A stretch of 63,987 bases of DNA, filler included, from Octopus bimaculoides (taxonomy: Eukaryota), in the NCBI RefSeq assembly GCF_001194135.2. It is 5 parts of 5 records of this genome, joined end to end, with 100 filler letters (N's around TTAATTAATTAA, not from the genome) between each part and the next. Parts side by side here need not be neighbours in the genome. Positions count along the whole stretch, not along the records: positions 1 to 23,821 come from NC_068988.1; positions 23,922 to 32,413 come from NC_068987.1; 3 more parts are not named here. One strand, 5' to 3'. Position numbers and translations under genes: made by a program. Positions 12,758 through 26,072 of the stretch are shown piece by piece; the stretch's first letter is position 1, and the number at the start of each line of letters is the position of its first letter. A model generated the notes under the pieces. It did not search any database, had not been told where the DNA came from, and saw only the letters and a program-made list of their open reading frames with translations.

Positions 12758-13154
12758 CTGAGGCTAGATCTAGGGATCCGTATTAGGGTTCCGTTATAGC
12801 AGGTATATATTATATTAGAGGGAAAAGCAGAAGCAAGGCAGAACGAGTATCTCAAGTCATTTAGAATAATTTAATTAGGGTAAGGTGAATTTGAAGTCTT
12901 ACAGCCGTTTCTGGGATTACCGAAGTAGTAGGTTAGCATGTGCACGCACTGAGTATTCCATCAGCAGAGACAAGGCATGAATATTTTATACAGGAAAAAT
13001 TTACAGTTTACAAGGAACAAAATATATTCATAGTTTATAAGGAATAAAAATAGAAGAATAAAGGAATAAATAGAAGAATAAAGTGTAATGGTAAATACAG
13101 GCGGGAGAATAATGTTCACAACTCATCTTTTTCCAAAGGATATGGATGCTGGTT

Positions 13155-13543
13155 GTGGAGGCGTAATGGCCCATTGGTTAGGGCAGTGGACTCGCGGTCA
13201 TAGGATCGCGGTTTCGATTCCCAGACCGGGTTTTGTGAGTGTTTATTGAGCCAAAACACCGAAAGCTCCACGAGGCTCCGGCAGGGGTTGGTGGCGAACC
13301 CTGCTGTACTCTTCCACCACAACTTTCTCTCACTCTTACTTCCTGTTTCTGTTGTGCCTGTATTTCAAAGGGCCAGCCTTGTCACACTGTGTCACGCTGA
13401 ATATCCCCGAGAACTACGTTAAGGGTACACCTGTCTGTGGAGTGCTCAGCCACTTGCACGTTAATTTCACGAGCAGGCTGTTCCGTTGATCGGATCAACT
13501 GGAACCCTCGACGTCGTAAGCGACGGAGTGCCAACAACAACAA
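13155..13543 (+). mobile_element. tRNA-derived SINE, family A, full length with (AAC)n tail and TSD
   Basis: A box tggcccattgg, B box ggtttcgattccc, tail gagtgccaacaacaacaa. 12-bp target-site duplication atggatg(c/t)tggt at 13142-13153 and 13543-13554. Confidence 0.9.
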
Positions 13544-13709
13544 TGGATGTTGGTCGGTACTTCCATGAAGATACAAGTCCTTAGATAAAATTCCAAGTAA
13601 AGCCAGGCGGTATTTTGGCAATATTTTGAATGATGTATTCATATTGAAACAATATATAGAGCAAGAAAGTAAGATAGACATAAATGGGTTTTGTGAGTGG
13701 GTATATATG

Positions 13710-13870
13710 GGAGAGAGAGAAGAGAGAAAGAGAAAGAGAGAGAGAGAGAGAGGAGAGAAAGAGAAGGAGAGAGGGGAGAAGAAGAAGAAGAAGAAGAAGA
13801 AGAAGAAGAGAGAGAGAGAGAGAGAGAGAGAGGTGAAAACGAGAAAGAGAGAGAAGAGAAAGGAATAAAA
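13710..13870. repeat. (GA)n/(GAA)n polypurine tract
   Basis: Direct reading. Confidence 0.9.
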
Positions 13871-14295
13871 ATGAGATGGGGTAAAAGGGTTAAAATAAGA
13901 ATAAAGATAAAACTAAAATAAAAGTAAAGGTAATGATAGAGATATATCAATATTGCATTCGATTGAGGGGTAAAACGTCAAAGTTTCAGTAAAGTTGGGG
14001 GTGGAGGGCCAATCTGGATAAGGTCATAGAGGATATTTAGAATTATATTTCCAGTTTAATAGCAATTAAATGATACGAGATAAAGGGTTAAGAAATAAAG
14101 TTGAATTAAAGATTAGAATTTAAAATCTAAACTTGAAATTACAAACTAAGAAAACTAAAACCTAAAAACTACGAAAACTAAAAATTATTGAACTAAAGCT
14201 AGCTAGTTTCTAAGATACTTATGTTGATAGAGAGGTAGAGCAAAAGAAAAGGAAGTGAAAAAAGAAAAGAAAAAAAATCATACACACACGCACAT

Positions 14296-14347
<52 letters not shown>

Positions 14348-14480
14348 ATATATACACACACATATAAACACACATACATATACACATATATAAGCGTACA
14401 TATAAAGTGCACTCGTATACATATCTATATATATATTATGTTATGCAAATATATATATATATATATCCTGTTATAAATTT

Positions 14481-14665
<185 letters not shown>

Positions 14666-15179
14666 GCATATATATACCCTATTATAAATTTGAGTGATGT
14701 TTTTTTTGTCTCCTTTTATGTTTGTTAACTCCTCCTAGACTGTTAGTGCAAGGATAACGAAACTCAAACCAGCAACTCCCCTAATCCCAAGGAATGTCTC
14801 AAGGGGGTCTATTTTTTTTAATGACCGCCTAATTGGGGCCCCACTGACCCCCCTCCCCCTTCTTTTAACTGCATTTTAAACTAAATACATGCCGTTGGCG
14901 ACCAAATCGGAGCAATGATAATGAATTTCATACAATGAACTCCTACAAGGACGTTCAATTTCTGAAGGGCTGATTAAATGGTGCCTCGATCCTACGCTTA
15001 TTGATTAAACTATGATCAGCGTCAGTGTTTAGCATATTTGCAGAAATATGTCTGGGCATTCTAAACACGTTTACCTATATTCAAATCGAGATAAAGAGTT
15101 AGTTATAACATGTACGTTTCAAGAGTGGTAGTGTGGATATTTATATTTTGTAGTTTATGAAACTTATGTCTCGTATACA

Positions 15180-15257
<78 letters not shown>

Positions 15258-15258
<1 letters not shown>

Positions 15259-15322
15259 TGTTGTTGGCACTCCGTCGCTTACGACGTCGAGGGTTCCAGT
15301 TGATCCGATCAACGGAACAGCC
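15258..15322 (-). mobile_element. 5'-truncated SINE family A (3' 65 nt only)
   Basis: ttgttgttggcactccgtcgcttacgacgtcgagggttccagttgatccgatcaacggaacagcc matches the family A tail; abuts an (AT)n tract. Confidence 0.85.
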
Positions 15323-16447
15323 ATGGTAGAAGACATTTTCCTGCCTAGCAGCAGGATCAAATAGAGAATCACGTATTTGCGATGTGAGCTTCTAAACCAC
15401 AGATAAACAATCAACAAACCAAATCTGCAACCCGGTTTCAATAACTATTTGATGCTATCTCACTTCCGTTGTACCATTTAATATCTTTAAGGAAGACACA
15501 AACGTAACACAATCTCCAGTTTCTAGCGTGTCGAGTTTCCAATCCTAGCTTTGATATCCGGTTGTGGGCATTTTCACCGCACATGTGTCGCTAATGTCCT
15601 AGACTAAAGCATGGACGTTGTGTAATCTCATTTTGTATCATCGCCGCATATTGTTTACGTAGAAATTCTTAATTAGTGTAACTATAGAACAACAGAGAGA
15701 CAGATATAGTGAAGAGTAGGACTAAAGACTTCAAGTATTTAATTAGTTATTTCCTTCCACATCTCAAACAAGAAAAATTTCTTAGATTCACTACGTCATC
15801 TTACTAAATCATTTGTTTTGATGTACGTGGGCCCCAGTCATTCATGTAATAGCTTACATATGCCACATTAAGTCTTAAATACATATACTAATGCAATGTT
15901 TCTCGGACTGACAAAATCCAGGACACCTCAAAATATAAAGGAAGTTCTTTGCAAACCACCCCCGCCCCCACGGACCACCACCACCTTGCTCCCAGTTTAT
16001 CTACGAGAGGCCATGTATTTCCATATAACTTTTTCTTCGCTATGGCATTGGACAAGTTTATAAACGGGAAGAAGTATATTACACATTTTTAACTGAATAT
16101 AAATAAAATACACAGAAATAACGCCACAATAAAGTTCGTTTTATATTTATCGACAAACTCATGGATTCCGGGACAAAATCTCGTCAAGCAAGTTGCATAT
16201 CACTTTCGTACATTACCGACGTCTATATTTCGTTTTTATATTTGCTAAAACATAAGGAAAAAGAAAGCATTTTTTGCACAATTATGTTGAGCAAAATGGA
16301 AGCAGGCTTTGTATTGACTTCTTTAAGATCAACAAAAACAGTTTCTCCACACACAACGAGCGCGCGCGCGTATGTGTATTCACTCCAAAAGATGAGAAAA
16401 CTAAAGAGCTAAAAGAACGTTTTCGAAGTAGTATCAGCTTTCTTACC

Positions 16448-16704
16448 TTTTATCTTTTACTTGTTTCAGTCATTGGATTGCAGCCATGCTGGGGCAACGA
16501 CATTAAAGGGTTTAGTCGAATAAATCGACTTCATTACTTTTTAAAAAATTTTTAATCTGAGTACTTATTCTATAGGTGTCTTTTACCGAACTGCTCATGT
16601 TAAGAGGATGTAAACAAACCAACGCCGGTCATCAGTCAGTGGAGGTGGACACACATGAAGACACATACATACATATGTTTGTGCGTACATGTAAGTGTAT
16701 ATGC

Positions 16705-16744
<40 letters not shown>

Positions 16745-17243
16745 NNNNNNNNNNNNNNNNNNNNNNNNNNNNNNNNNNNNNNNNNNNNNNNNNNNNNNNN
16801 NNNNNNNNNNNNNNNNNNNNNNNNNNNNNNNNNNNNNNNNNNNNNNNNNNNNNNNNNNNNNNNNNNNNNNNNNNNNNNNNNNNNNNNNNNNNNNNNNNNN
16901 NNNNNNNNNNNNNNNNNNNNNNNNNNNNNNNNNNNNNNNNNNNNNNNNNNNNNNNNNNNNNNNNNNNNNNNNNNNNNNNNNNNNNNNNNNNNNNNNNNNN
17001 NNNNNNNNNNNNNNNNNNNNNNNNNNNNNNNNNNNNNNNNNNNNNNNNNNNNNNNNNNNNNNNNNNNNNNNNNNNNNNATCTATATGTGTGTGTGTATAT
17101 ATATTTATATATGTATATATATACACACGACGGGCTTCCACAAATTTCTATCACCCAATTCCCTTTATAAAGCATCGATCGGCCCGGAACGATAGTAAAA
17201 GGCACTTGCCCAAAGTGTCGCACAGTAGGGCTGAACCCAAAAT
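16448..17243 (-). mobile_element. Diverged SINE family B copy with internal microsatellite and gap
   Basis: ttttacttgtttcagtcattggattgcagccatgctggggca at the left end and acgacgggctt...ggcacttgcccaaagtgtcgcacagtagggctgaaccc at the right end match the family. Confidence 0.65.
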
Positions 17244-17629
17244 ATCTTTTTCACTGAACTCTAGCGTAACTTCTTCAATATCAAGCATAAAAGGATTCAC
17301 TCGTTCCTAGGTTTTACGTTTTATCTAGAGTTTCAAAGAAGTATTTACACTTGAAAGTTATCACGAACTGTTTATGACCATAAAAAAATCAGTCTAAATT
17401 ATATTAAATACGATAATTTACCCGCCCTCTTTTCAGTTCTTACAACCCCACCCAAGAGTAACTCTGCACTAATGGACATTTATATCTATTAATTTCTTTT
17501 AAATGTTCAGGGTTAAACCCTACCTTTCATCCTTCGGTGATAGATAAAAAGATACTTGTCATGTACTAGATTTGATTCAATCAATTATATCCTTGTCATA
17601 TATGTGTACTTCTACTAACGTAACAGGTC

Positions 17630-17810
17630 AGGGTGGCGGAGTAGATAATACTTCATAAAATGGTCTGTGATACATGTTTACGTTACATTACGTTCCGAGT
17701 TCAATCCAGCCTGGGTGTCTTTTTGCCTTTTATTATAAAATTAGTATCTGTCAAAATACTGTGTCATTCTGCTAAAATGTATGGAATTGTGCCATAGTTA
17801 GTAGTACATG
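17630..17810 (+). mobile_element. Degenerate SINE family C copy
   Basis: ttacgttccgagttcaatccagcc...ttttgccttt B-box region. A further 3' fragment at about 17506-17600 (cctttcatccttcgg...gataaa). Confidence 0.4.
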
Positions 17811-17822
17811 TTCATGTAATTA

Positions 17823-18641
17823 CGAGGATGCGTTGAAAGTTCATAGGCAAAGTATGAAGGAGTAATGGTAGAGCTGTGAAATCTTGCAGGCATTAATTTC
17901 AACCCTTCTTAATAACTGCAGTTTCTTTCCAGGTAAATTGACATCGGACTGTTCAAAGAAGACTTCAGCAGAAACTGGTAGCAACTGATTGATCACCCTC
18001 CCTATTCTCCTTCCCAATATGAATACACTTGGCTGGGAACCAGTATCGCATTGATGATGATGCCGTACCTGCTGTTACTACCAGTTACTTTTGTAGTCTT
18101 CTTTGAACAGTCAGAGACCAGTTTACCTGGAAAGAAATATTTGTTGTTGGCACTCCGTCGCTTACGACGTCAAGGGTTCCAGTTGATCCGATCAACGGAA
18201 CAGCCTGCTCGTGAAATTAACGCCCAAGTGGCTGAGCACTCCACAGACACGTGTACCCTTAACGTAGTTCTCGGGGATATTCAGCGTGACACAGTGTGAC
18301 AAGGCTGACCCTTTGAAATACAGGTACAACAGAAACAGGAAGTAAGAGTGAGAGAAAGTTGTGGTGAAAGAGCAGAGCAGGGTTCACCACCATCCCCTGC
18401 CGGAGCCTCGTGGAGCTTTAGGTGTTTTCCCTCAATAAACACTCACAACGCCCGGTCTGGGAATCGAAACCGCGATCCAATGACCGCGAGTCCGCTGCCC
18501 TAACCACTGGGCCATTGCGCCTCCACTGGAAAGAAATAATGCAGTTATTAATAAGAAGGGCTGAAATTGATGCATGCAATATTTCACATATCTAGTATTA
18601 CTACTTCATAGTCAGCTTATAAACTTTTCAGCCCACCCTCG
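17823..18641. mobile_element. Mariner-derived MITE with about 165-bp imperfect terminal inverted repeats and TA target duplication
   Basis: Ends are TA|cgaggatgcgttgaaagtt and aacttttcagcccaccctcg|TA. The arms align (aataactgca...tttctttccaggtaaa...gactgttcaaagaagact...aactggtag) once the nested SINE is removed. The interior encodes LIDHPPYSP (17985-18011), the mariner YSPDLAP motif region. Confidence 0.8.
18140..18526 (-). mobile_element. SINE family A, full length, inserted into the MITE
   Basis: Reverse complement of 13155-13543 at high identity. Perfect TSD tggaaagaaata at 18128-18139 and 18527-18538. Confidence 0.9.
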
Positions 18642-18866
18642 TATAAACAGTTTCTAGTGTAGTTATGTAGTTTCGACTATTTAACATGAAATTTAGGTAC
18701 TATGAATTCGTTCATAAGTTTAGGCATTTTTATTAAAGAGTTTTTGATAGTTCAATCTATTATGCCAGTGGTTCCAAAGCTGTTTTTATTTTACTCGTGG
18801 AGAACTTTAAAGCAAATAAACACGTTTTGGTATATATTAAGCAAAAAGTCAAATATATGGGTATGA

Positions 18867-18927
<61 letters not shown>

Positions 18928-18989
18928 TATGTGTGTGTGCGTGTTATATGTATGTGTATATGTATGTGTGTATACATGTATACATGTAT

Positions 18990-19032
<43 letters not shown>

Positions 19033-19282
19033 TACACACATACATATTGTTGACGTCATTAGAATTTTATAAACTTTCGAGAGGACGTGAAATATTTCTC
19101 TTTTTGGAACATTGTCTCTCGAGGCATGTCACATCAGCTTCCGACTTTTCTGTCATTTAAGAGTGAGAGTGAAAGTGAGAGACAGACAGACAGGCAGACA
19201 GAGACAGTCGGACAGTCAGACAGATTGAACAGCTTAGCAATGACAAGGCTACACTGCTTGGAAGCAGTGGAAGAGACATTAA

Positions 19283-19351
19283 CAGGGCTGGTGGACAACA
19301 TTATCAGGGCTGGTGGACAACATTATCAGGGCTGGTGGCCAACATTATCAG
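19283..19351. repeat. 22-bp tandem repeat cagggctggtgg(a/c)caacattat, 3 copies
   Basis: Direct reading. Confidence 0.95.
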
Positions 19352-21950
19352 AGTTGAAAGTTATAGGAAGTGCTTTCACATTTTGCAAGTTTGTAGTAGT
19401 GAACTGAGTGAAATGGAAAGGGAAATTTTGGATGGAGATTCAACTTAGTGAGTGCACCGTGGATTTGTGTGCAAAACAGACAACCAATGTTGAGGTTTCC
19501 TCCACGTTTGCTGTTAGTATTACTTCTTCCGCTAAAGTACAGCTTACAGGACCTTACGGCTGGAAAGTGGAGGTGAGGGGGAATTCTTGGTGGAGTAGGA
19601 AAGGTTGAGAGAAAGAGAGATAAGAGGATAGAGAGAGAAAAGGTTGCATTTCTGGGGTGTATGGCAGAGAGGTAATAAAAGGGATATTATTGGAGCAAAA
19701 GAGGATAAGTTTGTAGTTGTGGATGATTTTTCTCCAAGCGATATATGCCATGTTCTTCTCATGAATTGCTGCGACGTGGTTCTGAGCAAAGTAGTTGAGC
19801 AAATGGGGTTTTAGGTTTTCGTTGCGAGTGGGATGTGGAGGGACATGTCTGTGAGGATGGTTCCAGTCATCCGCCTAGCTGTCCCTCCTGGTTCAGGTGT
19901 GAAAAACATGTGCTATGCTGTCATGACTGGTTAGAGCATAGTAAACGGTGTTCCGCCCATTCAGCTGATTTAAAGTACTACGGAGGCCAGGAGATAAGGT
20001 ACGTCGCGTAGATATATATTGATCTAATTGATATAAATAGCTCACCATTATTTCAACTTCAATGTAATAAAGTCTCTCTCTCCCTCCTCATTCTCTTTCT
20101 CTACCTTTATTTCATCTTCATCGCAATAAAGTCTCTCCCTCTTATCTCTCTCCTTCTCTTTCCTTTCTCTCTCTCTCTCTCTTCCCCTTCTCTCTTTCTC
20201 TGTCTCCTTCTTTCTCTTTACCCTATTTTTCATTTTTAACGCAATAAAGTCTTCCTTTCTTTCCTTCTAAATTTAATGTTAGCGAGCGAAGGAAAAAGAC
20301 TTTATTTCCACATTTTTAAGTGTATTTCATTCTTATTCACAACACACCTAACTACTTCAACAACAAAGTACCAATGTGATACAGTAAAATACGAAGAGAC
20401 TCGTGATGATCTGCATCGGCAAACATACAGTGTAAATACAAAATGTTCGCAAATTGGAATAAGTCTAACGTTTAGGAGAGGACAGTCTGTTAAAGAGAGG
20501 TTAAATATATATTAGTAAACATTTCACTACAAAATACTTTGTGAATAATAAGGCATCAAACTACCAGTACAAATATGGAGGTTCTATATCCTGTCGTTGG
20601 TCCTGTGCTATGGGCTGAATCAATATTTTGGTTGACGGTTTTCTCAAATTATAAAAATAAATCCGCCATTAGCCGTCTAATTTGCGAGAACTGTGGGGAG
20701 GAATGAGTGGCCTGACCTATCGACTCCAATGATGCCATGTGTCTATGATCAAAGCTCTTAACTCTCAACGACCCATTCCACCAAGTCATCTAGTGTAGGT
20801 AGGTCACTGATGTCAGCTGAGGGAGCACAGCAAAATTAACAAGTGTTTCTTTAGCTTACAATAATAACTTCATTCAACGTCCTCCCGTTTGGTATGGTTT
20901 ATCGTTATACAGACTTCACTTTGATGTCAATGAAGATAAAAAAATTTCAGTGGGTCCCTTCCCCCGTCTAGTGCCTAATGGATTATGAGAGTTTCACCAA
21001 ATATTTATTGGCAATTCACTTCAACCGTCTGCGCAAATATTCAAAGACCAGCTAAAAACAGCTGATCATGTCCTTAGATCACTTCGTCCAATATTTATGT
21101 CTGTGCCTATCTTGTCTAATATGGCTAAAAGCAGATATTATTTCTCCCCTGAACTTCAAAATATATTCTTTATTACCTGAGATGAACTAAGCTTCTTGTC
21201 TTTGTCTTATATTCACTGCGGCTAGACTCATTTCGCATGAATTGCGCCGGTTGAGAAACCAGTTCAAAGCGTTTCAGCTAATCGTGACGTTAACCTACCC
21301 CCTCTTTCAACCCATTTCTAGTCACTTTGTGGTTTGTGTTTTCCGATGAAGTCTATTCAGAACATATAATAATTGTCGTAGACAGGAATATACTAATGTC
21401 TACGTACGTATGTATGTATGTACGTATGTATGTGTGTATGTATGTGTGTATGTATATATTATATATTAAATACTATATATTCCATAAATATGTATATATG
21501 TATATATGTATATGCATATTAGTGTGAATATATGTATGTGTGTGCGTGTCTGCGTGTAGAACAGTGTAACATAAATACGCATATAATATATAAATGCATT
21601 CCCGAGTGTATATGCACATACATACATAGATACATATATATGTGTGTATATGTATATATAAATATATATATATGTGTGTGTGTGTGTGTGTATGTATATA
21701 TGTATATATATATTTATATATATATTTATACATACACACATGTATATACACACACACACTTATATATATGTATATGTATACATGCTTAATACATACGAAT
21801 ATATGTGCGTCCACGTGAATGTATGTGTATAGATGTACACCTACATATATATCTAAATATATATATACATATATAAACACGTTGACATACAGATTTCTTA
21901 TATATATATAATACAATTAAATACATATATATACGTATACATATATGAAT

Positions 21951-22001
<51 letters not shown>

Positions 22002-23084
22002 TATNNNNNNNNNNNNNNNNNNNNNNNNNNNNNNNNNNNNNNNNNNNNNNNNNNNNNNNNNNNNNNNNNNNNNNNNNNNNNNNNNNNNNNNNNNNNNNNN
22101 NNNNNNNNNNNNNNNNNNNNNNNNNNNNNNNNNNNNNNNNNNNNNNNNNNNNNNNNNNNNNNNNNNNNNNNNNNNNNNNNNNNNNNNNNNNNNNNNNNNN
22201 NNNNNNNNNNNNNNNNNNNNNNNNNNNNNNNNNNNNNNNNNNNNNNNNNNNNNNNNNNNNNNNNNNNNNNNNNNNNNNNNNNNNNNNNNNNNNNNNNNNN
22301 NNNNNNNNNNNNNNNNNNNNNNNNNNNNNNNNNNNNNNNNNNNNNNNNNNNNNNNNNNNNNNNNNNNNNNNNNNNNNNNNNNNNNNNNNNNNNNNNNNNN
22401 NNNNNNNNNNNNNNNNNNNNNNNNNNNNNNNNNNNNNNNNNNNNNNNNNNNNNNNNNNNNNNNNNNNNNNNNNNNNNNNNNNNNNNNNNNNNNNNNNNNN
22501 NNNNNNNNNNNNNNNNNNNNNNNNNNNNNNNNNNNNNNNNNNNNNNNNNNNNNNNNNNNNNNNNNNNNNNNNNNNNNNNNNNNNNNNNNNNNNNNNNNNN
22601 AGAGAGAGAGAGGGAGAGAGAGAGAGAGGGAGAGAGAGATAGAGGGAGAGAGAGAGGGAGAGAGAGAGGGAGAGAGAGAGGGAGAGAGAGAGAGTGTGTA
22701 ATCATCAATAAGGACGACAATAAGAAGAGAACACGGCATCGTTTGATTATAAAACTGATAAAAATCAGTTTGTAAAGAGCTCGGTCGATGGGAAGGAAGG
22801 GTTGCATTCATTTTACCGTGTTTTATTCCTTGAAGCATAATTTTCTTTAATAATATATCTAATATGCTTTCTGTTAATTTCCGTAACAGTTTTCTCTTTA
22901 TGTCTCCCTTTTCATGTCGTTGTTCGTGTTCTTGTTGTTCTTCGAGTGCTTGTTGTTGTTGTTGTCACCAATCGATCTTTTAGCGATACCGCCTTCATAT
23001 TTTCTCTTTTCCTTTTTCACACAGAATGCTGTTCAGATTTGACATGTTTGCGTTCAGGTTCCCCCTGCCTCCTTCATTCTCTCT

Positions 23085-23145
23085 CCCCCTCTCTCTCTTG
23101 CCCCTCTCTCTCTTGCCCCTCTCTCTCTTGCCCCTCTCTCTCTTG

Positions 23146-23150
<5 letters not shown>
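23085..23150. repeat. 15-bp tandem repeat cccctctctctcttg, 4 copies, within a CT tract
   Basis: Direct reading; gives the CPSLS repeats on the plus strand. Confidence 0.85.
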
Positions 23151-23230
<80 letters not shown>

Positions 23231-23358
23231 CTTAGGTTATGTATGCGTGCATGTGCGTGTGTCCGTGTGTGAGTCCGTGAACACATCTGCGCCAGTGCTT
23301 GCGCGGGTGGACGCACACACGCACCCACACAGACACACACGTATAGTTGTACATAGGT

Positions 23359-23397
<39 letters not shown>

Positions 23398-23821
23398 CGC
23401 GCGCGCGCACACATGATTTCTTAAGTCTGCCGTATTAAATAACAGAGATATCGAATGGGGAAAGATAAACAACTGAATATTTCATATCGTGGTGGTAAGG
23501 GCTGAATATATTACTCACACACAGACACACAGACACACACTCATACACTCATGCACATACACACACATACACTTACACACACTCACACACGTCCACGCAC
23601 ACATACACATACCCCCCCCACACACACACACACGCATGCACATATACATATAACGCACTCACACACACACACACATTCACAATGTCCTCATAGTATGAAT
23701 GGCAATAGTGGTGATGCTGGTCATTATGATGGTCATAGTTACGGTGGTGGTGGTGGTGGTGGTGGTGGTGGTGGTGTTGGCGGTTTTGGCGGCGGTTGTG
23801 GATTGTAGTTTTTGGTACCGG

Positions 23822-23921
23822 NNNNNNNNNNNNNNNNNNNNNNNNNNNNNNNNNNNNNNNNNNNNTTAATTAATTAANNNNNNNNNNNNNNNNNNNNNNN
23901 NNNNNNNNNNNNNNNNNNNNN
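23822..23921. other. Assembly spacer N44-TTAATTAATTAA-N44 (also at 32414-32513, 50674-50773 and 61903-62002)
   Basis: Identical 100-nt layout occurs four times, and the 12-mer has stops in all six frames. Technical, not biological. Confidence 0.9.
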
Positions 23922-23986
<65 letters not shown>

Positions 23987-24023
23987 GTGTGTTTGTATGT
24001 GTGTGTGCATGTATGTTTGTGTA

Positions 24024-24212
24024 TTTGTGTTTGTCCCCCAACAACGCTTGATAGCCGATGCTGGTGTGTTTACGTCCCCGTAACATAGTGGTTCGGCAAA
24101 AGAATCCGATTCAAATAAATAGAATACGTTATGGGCTCGATTTCTTCAACTAAAAACGGTGCTCCAGCAGGGCTACATTCAATTCACTGAAACAAGTAAA
24201 AGAGTAAAAGAG
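24024..24212 (+). mobile_element. SINE family B, 3' half
   Basis: gccgatgctggtgtgtttacgtccccgtaac...ggttcggcaaaag...ggtgctccagca...actgaaacaagtaaaaga is the reverse complement of the family B segments at 1221-1370 and 16448-16500. Confidence 0.7.
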
Positions 24213-24215
24213 CAA

Positions 24216-24257
<42 letters not shown>

Positions 24258-24282
24258 GAATGTACGTATGTATATATGTACC

Positions 24283-24381
24283 TTTGTGTCTGTGTTTTTC
24301 CCCCATTTCCCTTGACGACTGTTGTTGGTGTGTTTACGTCCCGTAACTTAACGGTTCCGGAAATGTCATAGAATAAGCGCC
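24283..24381 (+). mobile_element. SINE family B fragment (second, tandem)
   Basis: ttggtgtgtttacgtcccgtaacttaacggttccggaaa...atagaataag repeats the 24060-24125 segment; runs into a gap. Confidence 0.55.
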
Positions 24382-25251
24382 NNNNNNNNNNNNNNNNNNN
24401 NNNNNNNNNNNNNNNNNNNNNNNNNNNNNNNNNNNNNNNNNNNNNNNNNNNNNNNNNNNNNNNNNNNNNNNNNNNNNNNNNNNNNNNNNNNNNNNNNNNN
24501 NNNNNNNNNNNNNNNNNNNNNNNNNNNNNNNNNNNNNNNNNNNNNNNNNNNNNNNNNNNNNNNNNNNNNNNNNNNNNNNNNNNNNNNNNNNNNNNNNNNN
24601 NNNNNNNNNNNNNNNNNNNNNNNNNNNNNNNNNNNNNNNNNNNNNNNNNNNNNNNNNNNNNNNNNNNNNNNNNNNNNNNNNNNNNNNNNNNNNNNNNNNN
24701 NNNNNNNNNNNNNNNNNNNNNNNNNNNNNNNNNNNNNNNNNNNNNNNNNNNNNNNNNNNNNNNNNNNNNNNNNNNNNNNNNNNNNNNNNNNNNNNNNNNN
24801 NNNNNNNNNNNNNNNNNNNNNNNNNNNNNNNNNNNNNNNNNNNNNNNNNNNNNNNNNNNNNNNNNNNNNNNNNNNNNNNNNNNNNNNNNNNNNNNNNNNN
24901 NNNNNNNNNNNNNNNNNNNNNNNNNNNNNNNNNNNNNNNNNNNNNNNNNNNNNNNNNNNNNNNNNNNNNNNNNNNNNNNNNNNNNNNNNNNNNNNNNNNN
25001 NNNNNNNNNNNNNNNNNNNNNNNNNNNNNNNNNNNNNNNNNNNNNNNNNNNNNNNNNNNNNNNNNNNNNNNNNNNNNNNNNNNNNNNNNNNNNNNNNNNN
25101 NNNNNNNNNNNNNNNNNNNNNNNNNNNNNNNNATGTATGTATGATATAAATATAATTTTGTATTAAATTATATATGTAAGATTCTGTTTATATATAACTG
25201 TATCCTTCGTTTTATTTACGTATCTGACTTTCTATCTCCCTATCTGTTTGT

Positions 25252-25307
<56 letters not shown>

Positions 25308-26072
25308 GTCTATGTGTCTATCTATATGCATATACGTACATGCATACATACACACGCGCACACACACACAGTGACACTTATATGCATACATACATGCATA
25401 TATACATATACATATATAAGTGTTCGTGTGTGTGTGAGTGTGAGTATATTGGTTTAGTAAGCTATCTGTATGAGTGTTTGAATGTGTGTATGCGTGTGCA
25501 CGCTTTGGGTAATAACTTTAATATAATCTCTTAGTTAACGTAACACTCCGTAAGACTTCAGTAATTTTCTTCAGGCTAGCACAACCATAGAATTACACGA
25601 TCGGGGCCAAATGCAATTTCTGGAAATGAAACACAAGAATGAATGCTTCTAGATGCAGGATATAGATTTTGCTGGGTTTAATTGTGTGTGTGTGTGAATT
25701 ACTCATTACAGACAAACGCATACGCACGCTGGTGTGTACGCATGCACATACATACATACGCACATAGACATAGACACATGCATACACACACGCACTTATA
25801 TTCACACACATACACATACACTCATGCACGCACATAATCTTTCGCACACAGGCAAACGCACATATATAAGTATATCCCTATACATATATAAATAAGTATG
25901 CATATATAATATCCGTATGCATATATAATTAAAGAACTAAAGATATCTCCGTCGTTTTTCAAGATGATCATTTTGTTACTAAACTGTAGGGACACCGTAT
26001 TTTATTATGCAACCACAATATACTACAAAGTATATTAAACGTTTTTATAAGTCAATATTGTGTTCTACTACT

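Noticed and set aside
19283-19351. Repeat arrays as CRISPR-like loci
   Set aside because: The units are contiguous with no unique spacers, there are no cas genes, and the context is eukaryotic.
23866-23877. TTAATTAATTAA palindrome recurring four times inside gaps
   Set aside because: Always centred in exactly 44+44 Ns and has stops in all six frames; a scaffolding spacer.
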